Positions 19,406 through 29,090 of a DNA stretch of 64,000 nucleotides are shown one piece after another. A program made the position numbers and the translations under genes. Every line of letters begins with the position of its first letter. The first letter of the stretch is position 1. The notes under the pieces are model-generated. The model worked only from the letters and a program-made list of their open reading frames with translations. It did no database searches and was not told the DNA's origin. Source of the stretch: a virus (taxonomy: Duplodnaviria > Caudoviricetes); the IMG/VR virus record IMGVR_UViG_3300042691_038938. The stretch is one strand, 5' to 3'.

Positions 19406-20146
19406 TTAATCAGAATAGATTTTAGAATAGAGATCAGACATTAAGTCTATCATCTCTTCTATCGTACCTTCCCTTCTTAGTTCCTTGAAGACTAAATTCT
19501 CGACTGAGAACTCTCCTCCTGAAGCAAGACCTGACTTCCGGTCAGCTAATACCTTCCTTTTGAGTCTCTCAACATACTCATACAGGATCTTAGCTTCCAT
19601 TCCGGAGATAGACTTTGCTCTCTTCTTCATCATCTCTACTTCTGCCTGAATCACTCTCTTCTTTTCAGAAACGTCCTTTTGATCGATCTGTGGAGGATTG
19701 TATTGTGGAACTATTATCCACTTTCCTTTAAGAAGAGAATAGAGACCTGAAGCGGTGTGTTGTTCGTCTTTGTGTTGTACATAGCATTCCACATCATGTC
19801 CTCTAAGGACTACTGGATGCCGTTGGTTCCACATAAATCTCTGACCATCCAATGCCTTTCTTACTAAATCGATGTTTGAGTCGACTTGTGAAAAATCAAC
19901 TATTAAGTGAACATCTAGGTCAGAGTCACGATTCCAGTTATAGTTAGCCAACGAGCCAGTCAGCTGTACGTCAATGATCGGAACATCGAGCTTTAAGGAT
20001 TCCCAAAAGTCCTTGGCTATCTGTAAGAGAGTCTTTCTGATCTCAGGCTTCATTTGATTTTCCTCCCATATCTTTGGACAGAGATCCTTATGATACTCAA
20101 CCTTTTCGTTGATCCACTCGCTAAATTTTCTAGCTCGATTTTTCAA
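19406..20146 (-). CDS. Pol-beta superfamily nucleotidyltransferase with CTS-like N-terminus
   Basis: LTGSLANYNWNRDSDLDVH (GS...DxD), third carboxylate in HDVECY; (M)KNRARKFSEWINE; TTG start. Confidence 0.8.
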   Translation of the reverse strand: MKNRARKFSEWINEKVEYHKDLCPKIWEENQMKPEIRKTLLQIAKDFWESLKLDVPIIDVQLTGSLANYNWNRDSDLDVHLIVDFSQVDSNIDLVRKALDGQRFMWNQRHPVVLRGHDVECYVQHKDEQHTASGLYSLLKGKWIIVPQYNPPQIDQKDVSEKKRVIQAEVEMMKKRAKSISGMEAKILYEYVERLKRKVLADRKSGLASGGEFSVENLVFKELRREGTIEEMIDLMSDLYSKIYSD

Positions 20147-20165
20147 AATAAGAGATAATTTGTAT

Positions 20166-20194
20166 TATTTATCTGATTATTCTTTTGATAAATA
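20166..20194. promoter_or_regulatory. Back-to-back late-type boxes
   Basis: GATAAATA on - (20166-20173) and + (20187-20194) serving divergent genes. Confidence 0.65.
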
Positions 20195-20200
20195 ATGAAT

Positions 20201-21127
20201 ATGAAACACGTTAAATCATACTCCTCAATAAATGAGTCAGTTCTTCAAAACGGAATAGTCCTAATCAAGGGAAAGCCTAGAGGTAAGGACAAGGAGAAGA
20301 TGTTGTATGCAGGTCACGTGATGAGTTCTGCTGAGCTTAGACCTGGTGCAACCATGCTCTTTATGTCAGACCAGTTCTATAGAATAATAAAAGAAGGAGA
20401 TCGACTGAAGGGAGTGAAGATAAACTGGAGGAGTGAAGAGTCACTAAAGGATTCACTAAACTTGAAGTCTCCAGGAAAGATAAGCATCGTTAAGAATAAC
20501 AATAAGACTCCATATCATTGGAAGACACTAAAAGAGACTACAATCTCACAGGCACTAGACAGAGTTAGGGACGACATCGACGGTTCAGATTATCTCTTTG
20601 AGTCAGTTGACCAGACAGCAGGGGGCTCTACTTACGCTAAGTTCGTCAAAGCTGCAGTAGATTCGATATTCGGAGGAGAAAAGAAAGCTGTCGTTCTTTC
20701 ATGGACTGCGACTGACGCGATGGATCTCGTCGAACCTGACGAAGACAGTACTGTCGCTGAGCATGAAGCAAAGATTCAATTCATATTTATAGATCCGAGT
20801 CTAGTCAAAGAATTAGAGGAAATGGGTGCAAGCACTAGGGGCGACCTGTACTTAGAGATCTCATCTAACTTGACTTATTCTAGTTGGTATGATCCTGGAG
20901 ATTACATGAATCCGCCTGATGGAGACACTGAGATAACTGATGCTGAGCATGAGATAGTCGACATATCTATAAGTAACGTGGAATATGACGCAAATTTCGT
21001 TGAATTTGAACTCAACCCCATAAAAAAGACCATCAGTACTGCGTTAACTGGATCAAATGACGTTGACGATTTTCTTATCTCTTCTCCTAGATCCTACACA
21101 AATTTTGAGAAATATTTTAATATTTAA
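20201..21127 (+). CDS. Hypothetical protein with CTS-like N-terminus
   Basis: MKHVKSYSSINE. Confidence 0.75.
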   Translation: MKHVKSYSSINESVLQNGIVLIKGKPRGKDKEKMLYAGHVMSSAELRPGATMLFMSDQFYRIIKEGDRLKGVKINWRSEESLKDSLNLKSPGKISIVKNNNKTPYHWKTLKETTISQALDRVRDDIDGSDYLFESVDQTAGGSTYAKFVKAAVDSIFGGEKKAVVLSWTATDAMDLVEPDEDSTVAEHEAKIQFIFIDPSLVKELEEMGASTRGDLYLEISSNLTYSSWYDPGDYMNPPDGDTEITDAEHEIVDISISNVEYDANFVEFELNPIKKTISTALTGSNDVDDFLISSPRSYTNFEKYFNI

Positions 21128-21159
21128 CTTTCTTTAAGTATCTTTTCAAAAAGGAAAGA

Positions 21160-21558
21160 ATGGAAAAGTGTTATCACATGAATGATTCTGAATTCGAGGA
21201 ATTCTTAGAATCAATCGGAGGTCTCGAAAATGGGTACTATACTGATCGACCTCGTATCGTATCCAAAGGATTTTTTGAAGTTGACCCCGGCTGGTATGGT
21301 CTTATTAAGGAGCTCATTGAAGAAATCATTGCTCTTGGCTGGGACAAGCAAATATGTCAAGTAAAAGAGAAATTTGGAGGTCTTCGATTCTACATCAACT
21401 CTGCAAGCAATGAGATTCATGACAGGATAAGTGAAGCTGAGAAACTAAGTTACTCGGTTTGTGAGAAGTGTGGAAATCCTGGAAAGCTTAGAAACAATCG
21501 ACGTTGGGTTCTCACACTGTGTGACCAGCATGATGCTGAACCTAAAAAAACTAATTAA
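21160..21558 (+). CDS. Conserved phage protein with C-terminal CxxC
   Basis: QVKEKFGGLRFY...VCEKCGNPG. Confidence 0.7.
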   Translation: MEKCYHMNDSEFEEFLESIGGLENGYYTDRPRIVSKGFFEVDPGWYGLIKELIEEIIALGWDKQICQVKEKFGGLRFYINSASNEIHDRISEAEKLSYSVCEKCGNPGKLRNNRRWVLTLCDQHDAEPKKTN

Positions 21559-21559
21559 C

Positions 21560-21862
21560 ATGGCAAAGAAAAGAATGAGCATGCAAGAAAAGCATCAAGA
21601 GACGATCATTGATATGATCAATGAGATGTTCAAATTCGCCGGTCATGACGTGACCTATGACGACATTAAGGATCGTAAGGACGATTGGTACATGCAGTGG
21701 ACCATGACTCACGCACAGTACGATGAGTGGCGAGCTTGGGGATCAACTTACCTTAAGAAGAAGTACAATTGGAACAAGACTCTAATCGAAAGAGAGATGT
21801 CGATGTTTGGACTCATGTGGGGACTCAAGTTCAGCGACAGTCCACAATACTTTTCAAAATGA
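21560..21862 (+). CDS. Hypothetical protein
   Basis: Start moved to MAKKRM right after previous stop. Confidence 0.65.
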   Translation: MAKKRMSMQEKHQETIIDMINEMFKFAGHDVTYDDIKDRKDDWYMQWTMTHAQYDEWRAWGSTYLKKKYNWNKTLIEREMSMFGLMWGLKFSDSPQYFSK

Positions 21863-22275
21863 AGAAGCTTTTCTTAGATGACATTCGTATCCCAAAGGAT
21901 GCGATCACTCTAGTGCCAAGCCAATTTAATAAGTTCTACTGGGAAAACGATTGGGACATAGTTAGGACATACGATGAGTTCATGCAATATCTTACGTCAA
22001 GAGGCATGCCTGATTTTGTTTCCTTTGATCATGATCTTGCTGACTTTCACTATGATTTCAAGCCTGAGGATTATGAATCCATGAGTGAGGAGGAGATGAT
22101 CGCTAAATTCGGCAGCATGGAAAAGACCGGATTAGACTGTGCTAAAGCTCTGGTAGACTATTGCGGAATCTCCGATAAAAAATTACCAAATTACTTAGTA
22201 CACTCAGCTAACCCAACAGGTAAGGAAAACATAGAGAAGTTTTTAATTAACGCTAAAAAGCATCTTAATATTTAA
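21859..22275 (+). CDS. Cyclic-phosphate-processing receiver-like (cREC) domain protein
   Basis: LFLDDIR, VSFDHDL, TGLDCAKAL, VHSANPTG; ATGA overlap. Confidence 0.7.
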   Translation: MKKLFLDDIRIPKDAITLVPSQFNKFYWENDWDIVRTYDEFMQYLTSRGMPDFVSFDHDLADFHYDFKPEDYESMSEEEMIAKFGSMEKTGLDCAKALVDYCGISDKKLPNYLVHSANPTGKENIEKFLINAKKHLNI

Positions 22276-22310
22276 TTGGTTCTTTCGAGCCTTACGCAAA
22301 ACAGTTTATC

Positions 22311-22493
22311 ATGATGAACACATCTTTTTTATTGTTAGTCGGGATTGTCGCGAACTTAGGGTGCTGGATTTTCTCAACAGCCACGATGGTCAATGGAGAG
22401 CACAATAGAACCGCTTTTGTTATAAAATCAGTCTTCTATTGGTTTTCAGCTATAATCAATGTATTACTCGGTATTTTAATAATGGAATCATAA
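22311..22493 (+). CDS. Small two-TM membrane protein
   Basis: Two hydrophobic stretches. Confidence 0.6.
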   Translation: MMNTSFLLLVGIVANLGCWIFSTATMVNGEHNRTAFVIKSVFYWFSAIINVLLGILIMES

Positions 22494-22690
22494 TGGAGTG
22501 GAAAAAAATAAAGAGCAAGACCTGGTGCTTTCAATTAGGCGACGAACCAGAATTGATCCATGTGATCAAGACAGGATTTGAAGACATGTATATGGTGGTG
22601 CATGAAGACGCGTACCAACAGTTAATAGGTAAAGTTGAATTTGGAACCAAAAGGGATGTTGAAGTAAGATATAAAATAGAATTAACATGA
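22493..22690 (+). CDS. Hypothetical protein
   Basis: TAATG overlap, MEWKK start. Confidence 0.6.
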   Translation: MEWKKIKSKTWCFQLGDEPELIHVIKTGFEDMYMVVHEDAYQQLIGKVEFGTKRDVEVRYKIELT

Positions 22691-23175
22691 AAAAAGAAAA
22701 AAGAATAATCTTAAATCAGATTGAAACGCCGGACGGCACTGTGTTAAAATCAATGCATGTTCACGATTACGTGACCTATACTGACAAGAACGGTCGAGTA
22801 TACATGGTAGACGGAGGAAACGAATACTTGAGAAGAAACGTTCACAGGACCGAGCTCTCCGCTTGGATGAAGACAAAGGTTTTTCTACTAAAACTAATTG
22901 GTAAGACTTGGAAGGATCCGCTTGAATTCAAAGAGATCAGCATCTATAGCGATGCTCCCTTTGAGGTGATTCGTGAGAACTTCCACAGAGGAGGTAGAGG
23001 CAAGGATGGACGTCAGCCTCTGGCTTGGGTGCCGATGTCTGAGATGAGCGATGCTTGGCTAAAAGCGTGTATCTCATACAATAATGAAAGAGGCTTAGGA
23101 AGTAGCTTCGCTAATAAGATGTATCACAAGGAACTAAAATACCGAAAAGCTAACGGGATCAGTATTGAGGATTAA
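22687..23175 (+). CDS. Conserved phage hypothetical protein
   Basis: SMHVHDY...MVDGGNEYLRR; ATGA overlap. Confidence 0.7.
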   Translation: MKKEKRIILNQIETPDGTVLKSMHVHDYVTYTDKNGRVYMVDGGNEYLRRNVHRTELSAWMKTKVFLLKLIGKTWKDPLEFKEISIYSDAPFEVIRENFHRGGRGKDGRQPLAWVPMSEMSDAWLKACISYNNERGLGSSFANKMYHKELKYRKANGISIED

Positions 23176-23836
23176 CGTTTGGATCTATTACTTTTGTTGG
23201 ATCTAAAGTAGAAGCAATCTCTTCTTTGTCCTCCTTCGGTAGAGGAATATCACCTTCTTCAAACTCAATAGGAGGAGGCGCAACAAAAGCTAGAGTCTTA
23301 GCTAATTCCTCTCCTCCGGGTAATTTAGAAACATCAAACGCGTCTAAGTCAGGTAAAAATTCTCGGTTACCACCTTCATATACGAAAATCGCCTTAGCTA
23401 AAGTTTTGAACATGAGAATAGCGCTAGGGTCCGTCTCTTGATACCCTTTAAATTCAGGTAGTTTAGAGGTAGCTGTCGTACTAGGATTCCAACTCTTTTT
23501 AAGTTGTGAAGTTACATAATTAATGTATGCAGTAGACCCACCCGCGTAAACTTCTATGATGCCTTTGACTGTAAACAATTTTTTGACCGTGAAGTATTTA
23601 GATAAATTACCTAGTCCTGCACGTATTCCGTTTTCTAAAGTATCAAAGACTACAAATGGTTTTCCGCTATTTGAAGCAATCTTGTATCCAGTAACTCCCT
23701 TATAGTTTAAGGTTTTATCGTTCATGACGATATTGAACGGGTTGTTATCCGCACGAGTAGAAAAGGATCCAGGTAACTTTACTTTACCTCCCTCATTTAA
23801 GCTGACCCAATTATAGTATTCAAGTATGTGTTTCAT
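23159..23836 (-). CDS. Lysozyme-like virion protein (NNPxNI family) with CTS-like N-terminus
   Basis: NNPFNI...FVVFDTLENGIRAG...TVKGIIEVYA; MKHILEYYNWVSLNE. Confidence 0.55.
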   Translation of the reverse strand: MKHILEYYNWVSLNEGGKVKLPGSFSTRADNNPFNIVMNDKTLNYKGVTGYKIASNSGKPFVVFDTLENGIRAGLGNLSKYFTVKKLFTVKGIIEVYAGGSTAYINYVTSQLKKSWNPSTTATSKLPEFKGYQETDPSAILMFKTLAKAIFVYEGGNREFLPDLDAFDVSKLPGGEELAKTLAFVAPPPIEFEEGDIPLPKEDKEEIASTLDPTKVIDPNVNPQY

Positions 23837-23837
23837 C

Positions 23838-25214
23838 TTATGCTAACCAGCTTTCGATATCTTCGTCTCCTGATGTTTTGAAAGGATCTTCAAACTCTTC
23901 AGATTTGATCCCAAGTAGGGCACCCAAACTCACGTCAGCCTCCTTGATCTTTCCTGTAACTATGTATGCAATGAATTTACTAACAGTCCCATCAAGGGTG
24001 TGTTTTTTGATCATTGAAGGAATTGAAGCGTATTCACCAGCGATTGGAAGCTCTCTACGATACTGTTCAGGCTGTGCCTCTCTAGCACCAGTCTCAGGTT
24101 CACGTTGCTCCTCATCTGGACTAAATTTCTTAGTAGATATTCGATACAGATGGTACCAGCCTCCGCCTTTTCTCTGTATTTCCTGATTCTCTTTTTCTAA
24201 ATCAAATCCTGGAGTCTTTGAGTATGCGCTTATCGCTCCCTCAGTTCCAGCTCTACCTTCGTTGTACAGCTTTTGTCTAAAGTCTCTAAACTCAGTAAAC
24301 AGCATTCCATATAATCTCATTGGATTTGATTCCATCTCGTCAGCAAGAGCAGTGATCTCTCCAGGAGCAGAGCTCATCGCGTAAGAGGACTCAACTTTGG
24401 CTGCAAGCCGCGCTTGCATGTTGCCGTTCATCTTGGGATACATTGAATTTAGCTTGTTTGCAACGACTCTCACAAAATCGGCTGAGCTTGTCTTAGAGGA
24501 TTCTCTCTCCATTCTAGTCTCTCTAGGCTCGCCTGCTCCTTGTGAATGCGGGGCTGGTGCAGCCATCACGTATGCATTAACTGACTCTTCGTCCCTATTA
24601 GATGCCCATTTTTTACCACCGAATCCTTTGACTCTAGACCTTACGAATTCTTGTACCTTTCCTGCTGTGTTTCCTCCCTTATCAAGGTGTGCTTTTCTAA
24701 TGTCTCCAAGGTCAGCTGATCTTGTCGTCATCTCAGAAAAACCAAAATCGACTGCACTCTTTTTTATAGGGTCCCATGCGATCACCGCATATTGTGAACC
24801 TACTGCACCGACGCTCGGTTTCTTATTATAGATGAACACAAATAGGTCGTAATCTGGATGCACAATAAAGGATCGGTTCTCTCCATAAGGTAGGGATCTT
24901 AAGAACCAGATCAAGTCAGTGTATTCAGCGCTACCTAATTTTCCAGTGTCATCAGTATCGTTATTGAAAGGAGACTCTGTGCTCGTCCAGCCTCTAAGCT
25001 CAACCGGCGCTGGAATCTCAATTTCAGGAGAAGGTCTGTGATACTTATAAGGCATGGGAACTGCTCGTCTAGCCTTATATGTGTGTCCCATTCTAGGATA
25101 CTTTTCGTTATAGTGTTCGGGTTTCTGATGTATTGCAGAGATCATCTTCTTAGGAATCCCGATTTGACTCAAGTTAGAGTCCTCAAATATTGAGATGAAG
25201 TAATTAAAATCCAT
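23838..25214 (-). CDS. Large hypothetical protein, CTS-like start
   Basis: MDFNYFISIFED; 458 aa. Confidence 0.75.
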   Translation of the reverse strand: MDFNYFISIFEDSNLSQIGIPKKMISAIHQKPEHYNEKYPRMGHTYKARRAVPMPYKYHRPSPEIEIPAPVELRGWTSTESPFNNDTDDTGKLGSAEYTDLIWFLRSLPYGENRSFIVHPDYDLFVFIYNKKPSVGAVGSQYAVIAWDPIKKSAVDFGFSEMTTRSADLGDIRKAHLDKGGNTAGKVQEFVRSRVKGFGGKKWASNRDEESVNAYVMAAPAPHSQGAGEPRETRMERESSKTSSADFVRVVANKLNSMYPKMNGNMQARLAAKVESSYAMSSAPGEITALADEMESNPMRLYGMLFTEFRDFRQKLYNEGRAGTEGAISAYSKTPGFDLEKENQEIQRKGGGWYHLYRISTKKFSPDEEQREPETGAREAQPEQYRRELPIAGEYASIPSMIKKHTLDGTVSKFIAYIVTGKIKEADVSLGALLGIKSEEFEDPFKTSGDEDIESWLA

Positions 25215-25234
25215 TTCTAGAGGAATGTTTTTAT

Positions 25235-25242
25235 TATTTATC
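25235..25242 (-). promoter_or_regulatory. Late-type promoter box GATAAATA
   Basis: 20 nt upstream of ATG 25214. Confidence 0.6.
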
Positions 25243-25323
25243 TTTTTATTCTCTCTAGATTTTAATAGTAAGAAGCTTTTAGTACATTAGTCAAAACATT
25301 GAGTAACCGTTAAACATAAAAAG

Positions 25324-25352
25324 AAAAGCGAGCTTAAAGGCTCGCTTTTTTA
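25324..25352. terminator. Bidirectional terminator
   Basis: AAAAGCGAGC-TTAAAG-GCTCGCTTTT. Confidence 0.75.
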
Positions 25353-25372
25353 TTTTACAGACGGTAAGCCTT

Positions 25373-25984
25373 TTATTTTACATAATTGTAATATTTATAA
25401 GTAAGCTCTTTTCTGTGCTCTAATCCATTAGTTCCTCCATTAATTCTCTTTGTTAGAGCTAGGATTGCCGCATCAGTTATTCCTTGATCACAGATGGTCC
25501 ATAGCTTGTTTCGGTCAAAGAAAAACATTGCAGACTCAAAAGCATATGTTGTTGCGACTAAGTCAGGGTTTTCCATTATCTCAGGTTTCTTCAAATAGTC
25601 GGAGAAGTTCTTATAATTGGATTTTCCTGTCAACTGTAGGGCACCTCTTCCTCTATATTTCCAGCCGTCTCCTGATGTCTCATCCCCATTACCCATTCTG
25701 CTCGCATAAACTCTATTAGCAATCTTTTCAGGTTGTCGAGCATAGGACTCTTCAAGCGTTCCAGGAAAATACTTTCCAAAGGTTCCTTGTAATCCTTGAG
25801 CCGAATAATTTAGGTTTTCACTAAACGCCTTGAATACTCCAGTCTCATGTGAGGTTTGAGCAAAGAAGTGAGCTGCTCTCACCGGAGTTAGCTTATAATA
25901 AGCCATCGCGGCCTTCATTGTTCCAGGACCAAACGCACCATCGGTAGTAGTTCCTATCTTTTCTTGTAAACTTTTTAAACTCAT
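25373..25984 (-). CDS. GH19 endolysin with N-terminal peptidoglycan-binding segment
   Basis: DGAFGPGT; AHFFAQTSHETG; YRGRGALQLTGKSNY; INGGTNGLEHR. Confidence 0.9.
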   Translation of the reverse strand: MSLKSLQEKIGTTTDGAFGPGTMKAAMAYYKLTPVRAAHFFAQTSHETGVFKAFSENLNYSAQGLQGTFGKYFPGTLEESYARQPEKIANRVYASRMGNGDETSGDGWKYRGRGALQLTGKSNYKNFSDYLKKPEIMENPDLVATTYAFESAMFFFDRNKLWTICDQGITDAAILALTKRINGGTNGLEHRKELTYKYYNYVK

Positions 25985-26034
25985 CTTACACTGTTTTCTT
26001 ATTATTTATTAAATAAATAAAGAAAAAGACTTTT

Positions 26035-27714
26035 GTGATCAAGGATTTTAAGACATTTGTCAATGAGGCACTAACAGTAAGGTCGAGTCTGACCGGAGTC
26101 AAAGACACTCACTTTGAAGAGAGAGCAAAGCTTCGATTAAAAGGATTAAAGATAGTAAATTTTCTAGACGATTCAGGAAAGAATGTTGATGTAGATCCTA
26201 AGGTAAAATCAGCGAGCACAAGATTCTTTCAAGAAGTTTTCTTTCACCTAGCTGATCCAGAAAAGAGTAAGATATTTGATGAGGTTGACGTTCCTTTAGG
26301 AATGATTGGACTCATTAGAATGGGAAAACCAGTAGTAGTTCTTCCTAACGGCAAAAAGGTCAAGCCTGTGTTTGAAGTCTATGAAAGGACTGACCAGGGC
26401 AAGAAGATAATGAGGACTGGCCTCTACTTCTGGATATTCACAATAGGTTCGACTGTTCGTACCATAAAGCTATATACGTTAGACGGCAGCAACCAGTCTG
26501 AGAGAAACACGATCATCAATAAGTCAATAGATCACTTACGGTTTAATAAAGAGGCTGAACTTGCTAGGATATCTAGAGTGTTAAATGTGAGAATGGAAAA
26601 TCCGGAAGACTTGAAACAAAAGCACAAAGTTGTTTTAAAGCCGGCTGGCATAGATGAAGTAACATTTGACCTTAGTCTGCCTGCATCAACTGAACAACAG
26701 CTAACCGACTTTATCGCTGGAAGCACAGTCACTCGACAGGAACAAGTCTATATCGCTCCTGAGAGAGGCACTACTGATTTTACTTTAGAGACTGTTCCCA
26801 AACAAATGAACATCACCCCAAACAAGGTGTGGATTCTAGAGAGAAACGAGAAGCACAATACTTGGGGAGCAATACCCATTGAAGATTCTCAACTAGTGAA
26901 GAGAGGAGGGGACAATGAGATAGCTATGAAGATCGGAAAGAAATGGGTACACTGGTTAGACGAACCTAGATTCAATCCTCCTGTTCCTACTAACGAAAGA
27001 TTTATCAGAAAGGGAGACACTATCACACTAGCTAAGCAGTTAGGAAGCGGCCAGTGGCTCGCTAACACAGGAACTATTCGAGAGATCTCAATAGATCCAA
27101 AGAGCGCTTATCCATATGCCAAGACTGCGGGATGGGATAAGACTGAAATAATTCCTGCGGATCTTGCAGAGAGAATGTTTAAGGATTATCGATTAGCCAA
27201 TGAGAGCAGGTTTGTGATGAGCTTTAACGAATGGATAGATCACACCACTCCATTAAGCACCCGTTTGAATGAGGAAATAGTGATTGATAAAGAGATACCG
27301 GAAATGGATCAGTTCTTAGAGATAGTGTGTAATCCAGACGGCTCGCTTAAGTATCCCGAGCTTTTCACAAGATTGCAAGGAGGTAATGACAACCCTAAGC
27401 TTAGAGAACAGATCAAGAAAATGTATCTAGACACAAGTACTAGAAAAAACAAGAAGGCCAAATATTCAAAAGAGGCAAGGACGGTGATAGAAATGGTTTG
27501 GGAACTGACTAAAATAAACACTGATTCGGAAATAGACATTGACAAAATTATTCCTGAAACTATACTTGATCCAACTGAAAAGCAAGCTGATGGAACATAT
27601 CCGACTGACTACAAGTTCTTCGTTTTTACTGATCTAAATTCAAAAGCGATCGATTACTTGACTGGAGAAAGAAGCGGCATTGCCACAGGTTTTATGGGAC
27701 TCATGGCTAGATAA
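26035..27714 (+). CDS. Large hypothetical protein with N-terminal and internal CTS-like motifs
   Basis: (M)IKDFKTFVNE; ANESRFVMSFNEW; GTG start. Confidence 0.75.
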   Translation: MIKDFKTFVNEALTVRSSLTGVKDTHFEERAKLRLKGLKIVNFLDDSGKNVDVDPKVKSASTRFFQEVFFHLADPEKSKIFDEVDVPLGMIGLIRMGKPVVVLPNGKKVKPVFEVYERTDQGKKIMRTGLYFWIFTIGSTVRTIKLYTLDGSNQSERNTIINKSIDHLRFNKEAELARISRVLNVRMENPEDLKQKHKVVLKPAGIDEVTFDLSLPASTEQQLTDFIAGSTVTRQEQVYIAPERGTTDFTLETVPKQMNITPNKVWILERNEKHNTWGAIPIEDSQLVKRGGDNEIAMKIGKKWVHWLDEPRFNPPVPTNERFIRKGDTITLAKQLGSGQWLANTGTIREISIDPKSAYPYAKTAGWDKTEIIPADLAERMFKDYRLANESRFVMSFNEWIDHTTPLSTRLNEEIVIDKEIPEMDQFLEIVCNPDGSLKYPELFTRLQGGNDNPKLREQIKKMYLDTSTRKNKKAKYSKEARTVIEMVWELTKINTDSEIDIDKIIPETILDPTEKQADGTYPTDYKFFVFTDLNSKAIDYLTGERSGIATGFMGLMAR

Positions 27715-27716
27715 GA

Positions 27717-28037
27717 CTAGTCTCTAAACTTTCCTGGAAAGATCTGTCTCCATTCATGACCCTTCGGTATGAATTTCTTCTTGACTCCAAAGATCTTGTC
27801 CTCTCCTGGATCACAAGCATTCTCACCATTCCACTTGAATCCGTTGCGACATGCCCAATTCTTCATGAATATGGTAAAGGGTTGACCTGTCACAAAGGGA
27901 AACCTTACTCCAGACTCGTTATCAATTTCCTCAATCTTTCCGTGAGTCATCTTAATTGTAATAGTTCTTCCCTGTCTCGATGTAAGGACTATGACTTCTT
28001 CTCTCATCCAGCTTTCGTATAGCACAACGTGTTTCAC
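27717..28037 (-). CDS. Hypothetical protein with CTS-like N-terminus
   Basis: MKHVVLYESWMRE. Confidence 0.7.
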   Translation of the reverse strand: MKHVVLYESWMREEVIVLTSRQGRTITIKMTHGKIEEIDNESGVRFPFVTGQPFTIFMKNWACRNGFKWNGENACDPGEDKIFGVKKKFIPKGHEWRQIFPGKFRD

Positions 28038-28039
28038 TA

Positions 28040-28741
28040 TTAAATCTTTATTTTATATGCAGTCGTTTTTGCCACTCCCTTTAGGTTTCTTAGAGGTTCG
28101 CAAGAGTGTAACTGTAATTCTGAAAGAAGTCTACCGCTTCTTCTACGTTTACCCTCATAACATCTCTGCTGATAGTCAATGATCTCTAATTTACGACTCT
28201 TCTTAGAAACTAGATCCTCTATCCTTTTCTCCTCCTCTTTAGGTAGAGCTTCAGTAAAGCTAAAGGTCACGTTTCCAGGTTCAGAAACAGTCGACTCCAT
28301 TCGAGAAGCAGTGTTTACCGTGTTACCGAAGAAGTCCCATAGTTTTTTACCTTGGATGTCTGTCTGCTTTTTATATAGAGGTCCCCAGCAGATCCCAAGT
28401 CGAATCGTCATGTTCTTATCCTTAATCTTGATAGGGTTATTCTTAAGGTCCTCCTGTATCTCCATGCCTGCCTCTACCGCTCTTAGTAAGGAGTCCTTGC
28501 CCTCGAAGCTGACCATGTAACTATCACCGATAGTCTTTACGATCATGCCCTTGAACTTTGTGACCACCTTTGTCATTCGCTTATTGTGCTCTTCAAGAGC
28601 ATTGAACATGCCAGACTGATGTAGCTTCCAAAGCTTAGAGCTTGACTTAACGTCAGTGAACAGGATCGCCTGCTCCTTCTCTTCAAGTTTCTTTAGAGAG
28701 TCAATGCTCTCCCAGATAGGATAAGATACTAAGTATTTCAT
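28040..28741 (-). CDS. Class III adenylate cyclase with CTS-like N-terminus
   Basis: ILFTDVKSS, VKTIGDSYM, IRLGICWGP, WDFFGNTVNTASRME. Confidence 0.9.
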   Translation of the reverse strand: MKYLVSYPIWESIDSLKKLEEKEQAILFTDVKSSSKLWKLHQSGMFNALEEHNKRMTKVVTKFKGMIVKTIGDSYMVSFEGKDSLLRAVEAGMEIQEDLKNNPIKIKDKNMTIRLGICWGPLYKKQTDIQGKKLWDFFGNTVNTASRMESTVSEPGNVTFSFTEALPKEEEKRIEDLVSKKSRKLEIIDYQQRCYEGKRRRSGRLLSELQLHSCEPLRNLKGVAKTTAYKIKI

Positions 28742-28744
28742 GTC

Positions 28745-29074
28745 TTATTTGGGCCCAAATGTTTTTATCTTCTTGAGACCGTGTCTCTCTAAAAACTCAG
28801 AAGGAACTGCCTCTTCGATGATTGTGTGTAACTGTGATGCTAGCATTTCTTGATAAGTGGTCTCGTTTACATTAACAAAGCAGAACCAGTGAGTCGCAGG
28901 AAGCTCTCCTGTCTCAGACAAGGGAATAGTTAAATGGTCTACTGAAAACTCAGGGTCTTTCTTTTTCTTCAACTCAATGATGCGGTCTGCTGATTCGCGT
29001 TTAGGCAAGACACCAGCTGATCTCTTTCTAGCTTCAACTACATTCTCATTTTCACATAGTATGCATAGTCTCAT
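28745..29074 (-). CDS. Hypothetical protein
   Basis: Start moved to MRLCILC downstream of the previous stop. Confidence 0.6.
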   Translation of the reverse strand: MRLCILCENENVVEARKRSAGVLPKRESADRIIELKKKKDPEFSVDHLTIPLSETGELPATHWFCFVNVNETTYQEMLASQLHTIIEEAVPSEFLERHGLKKIKTFGPK

Positions 29075-29090
29075 ATACTTAATATTTTTT

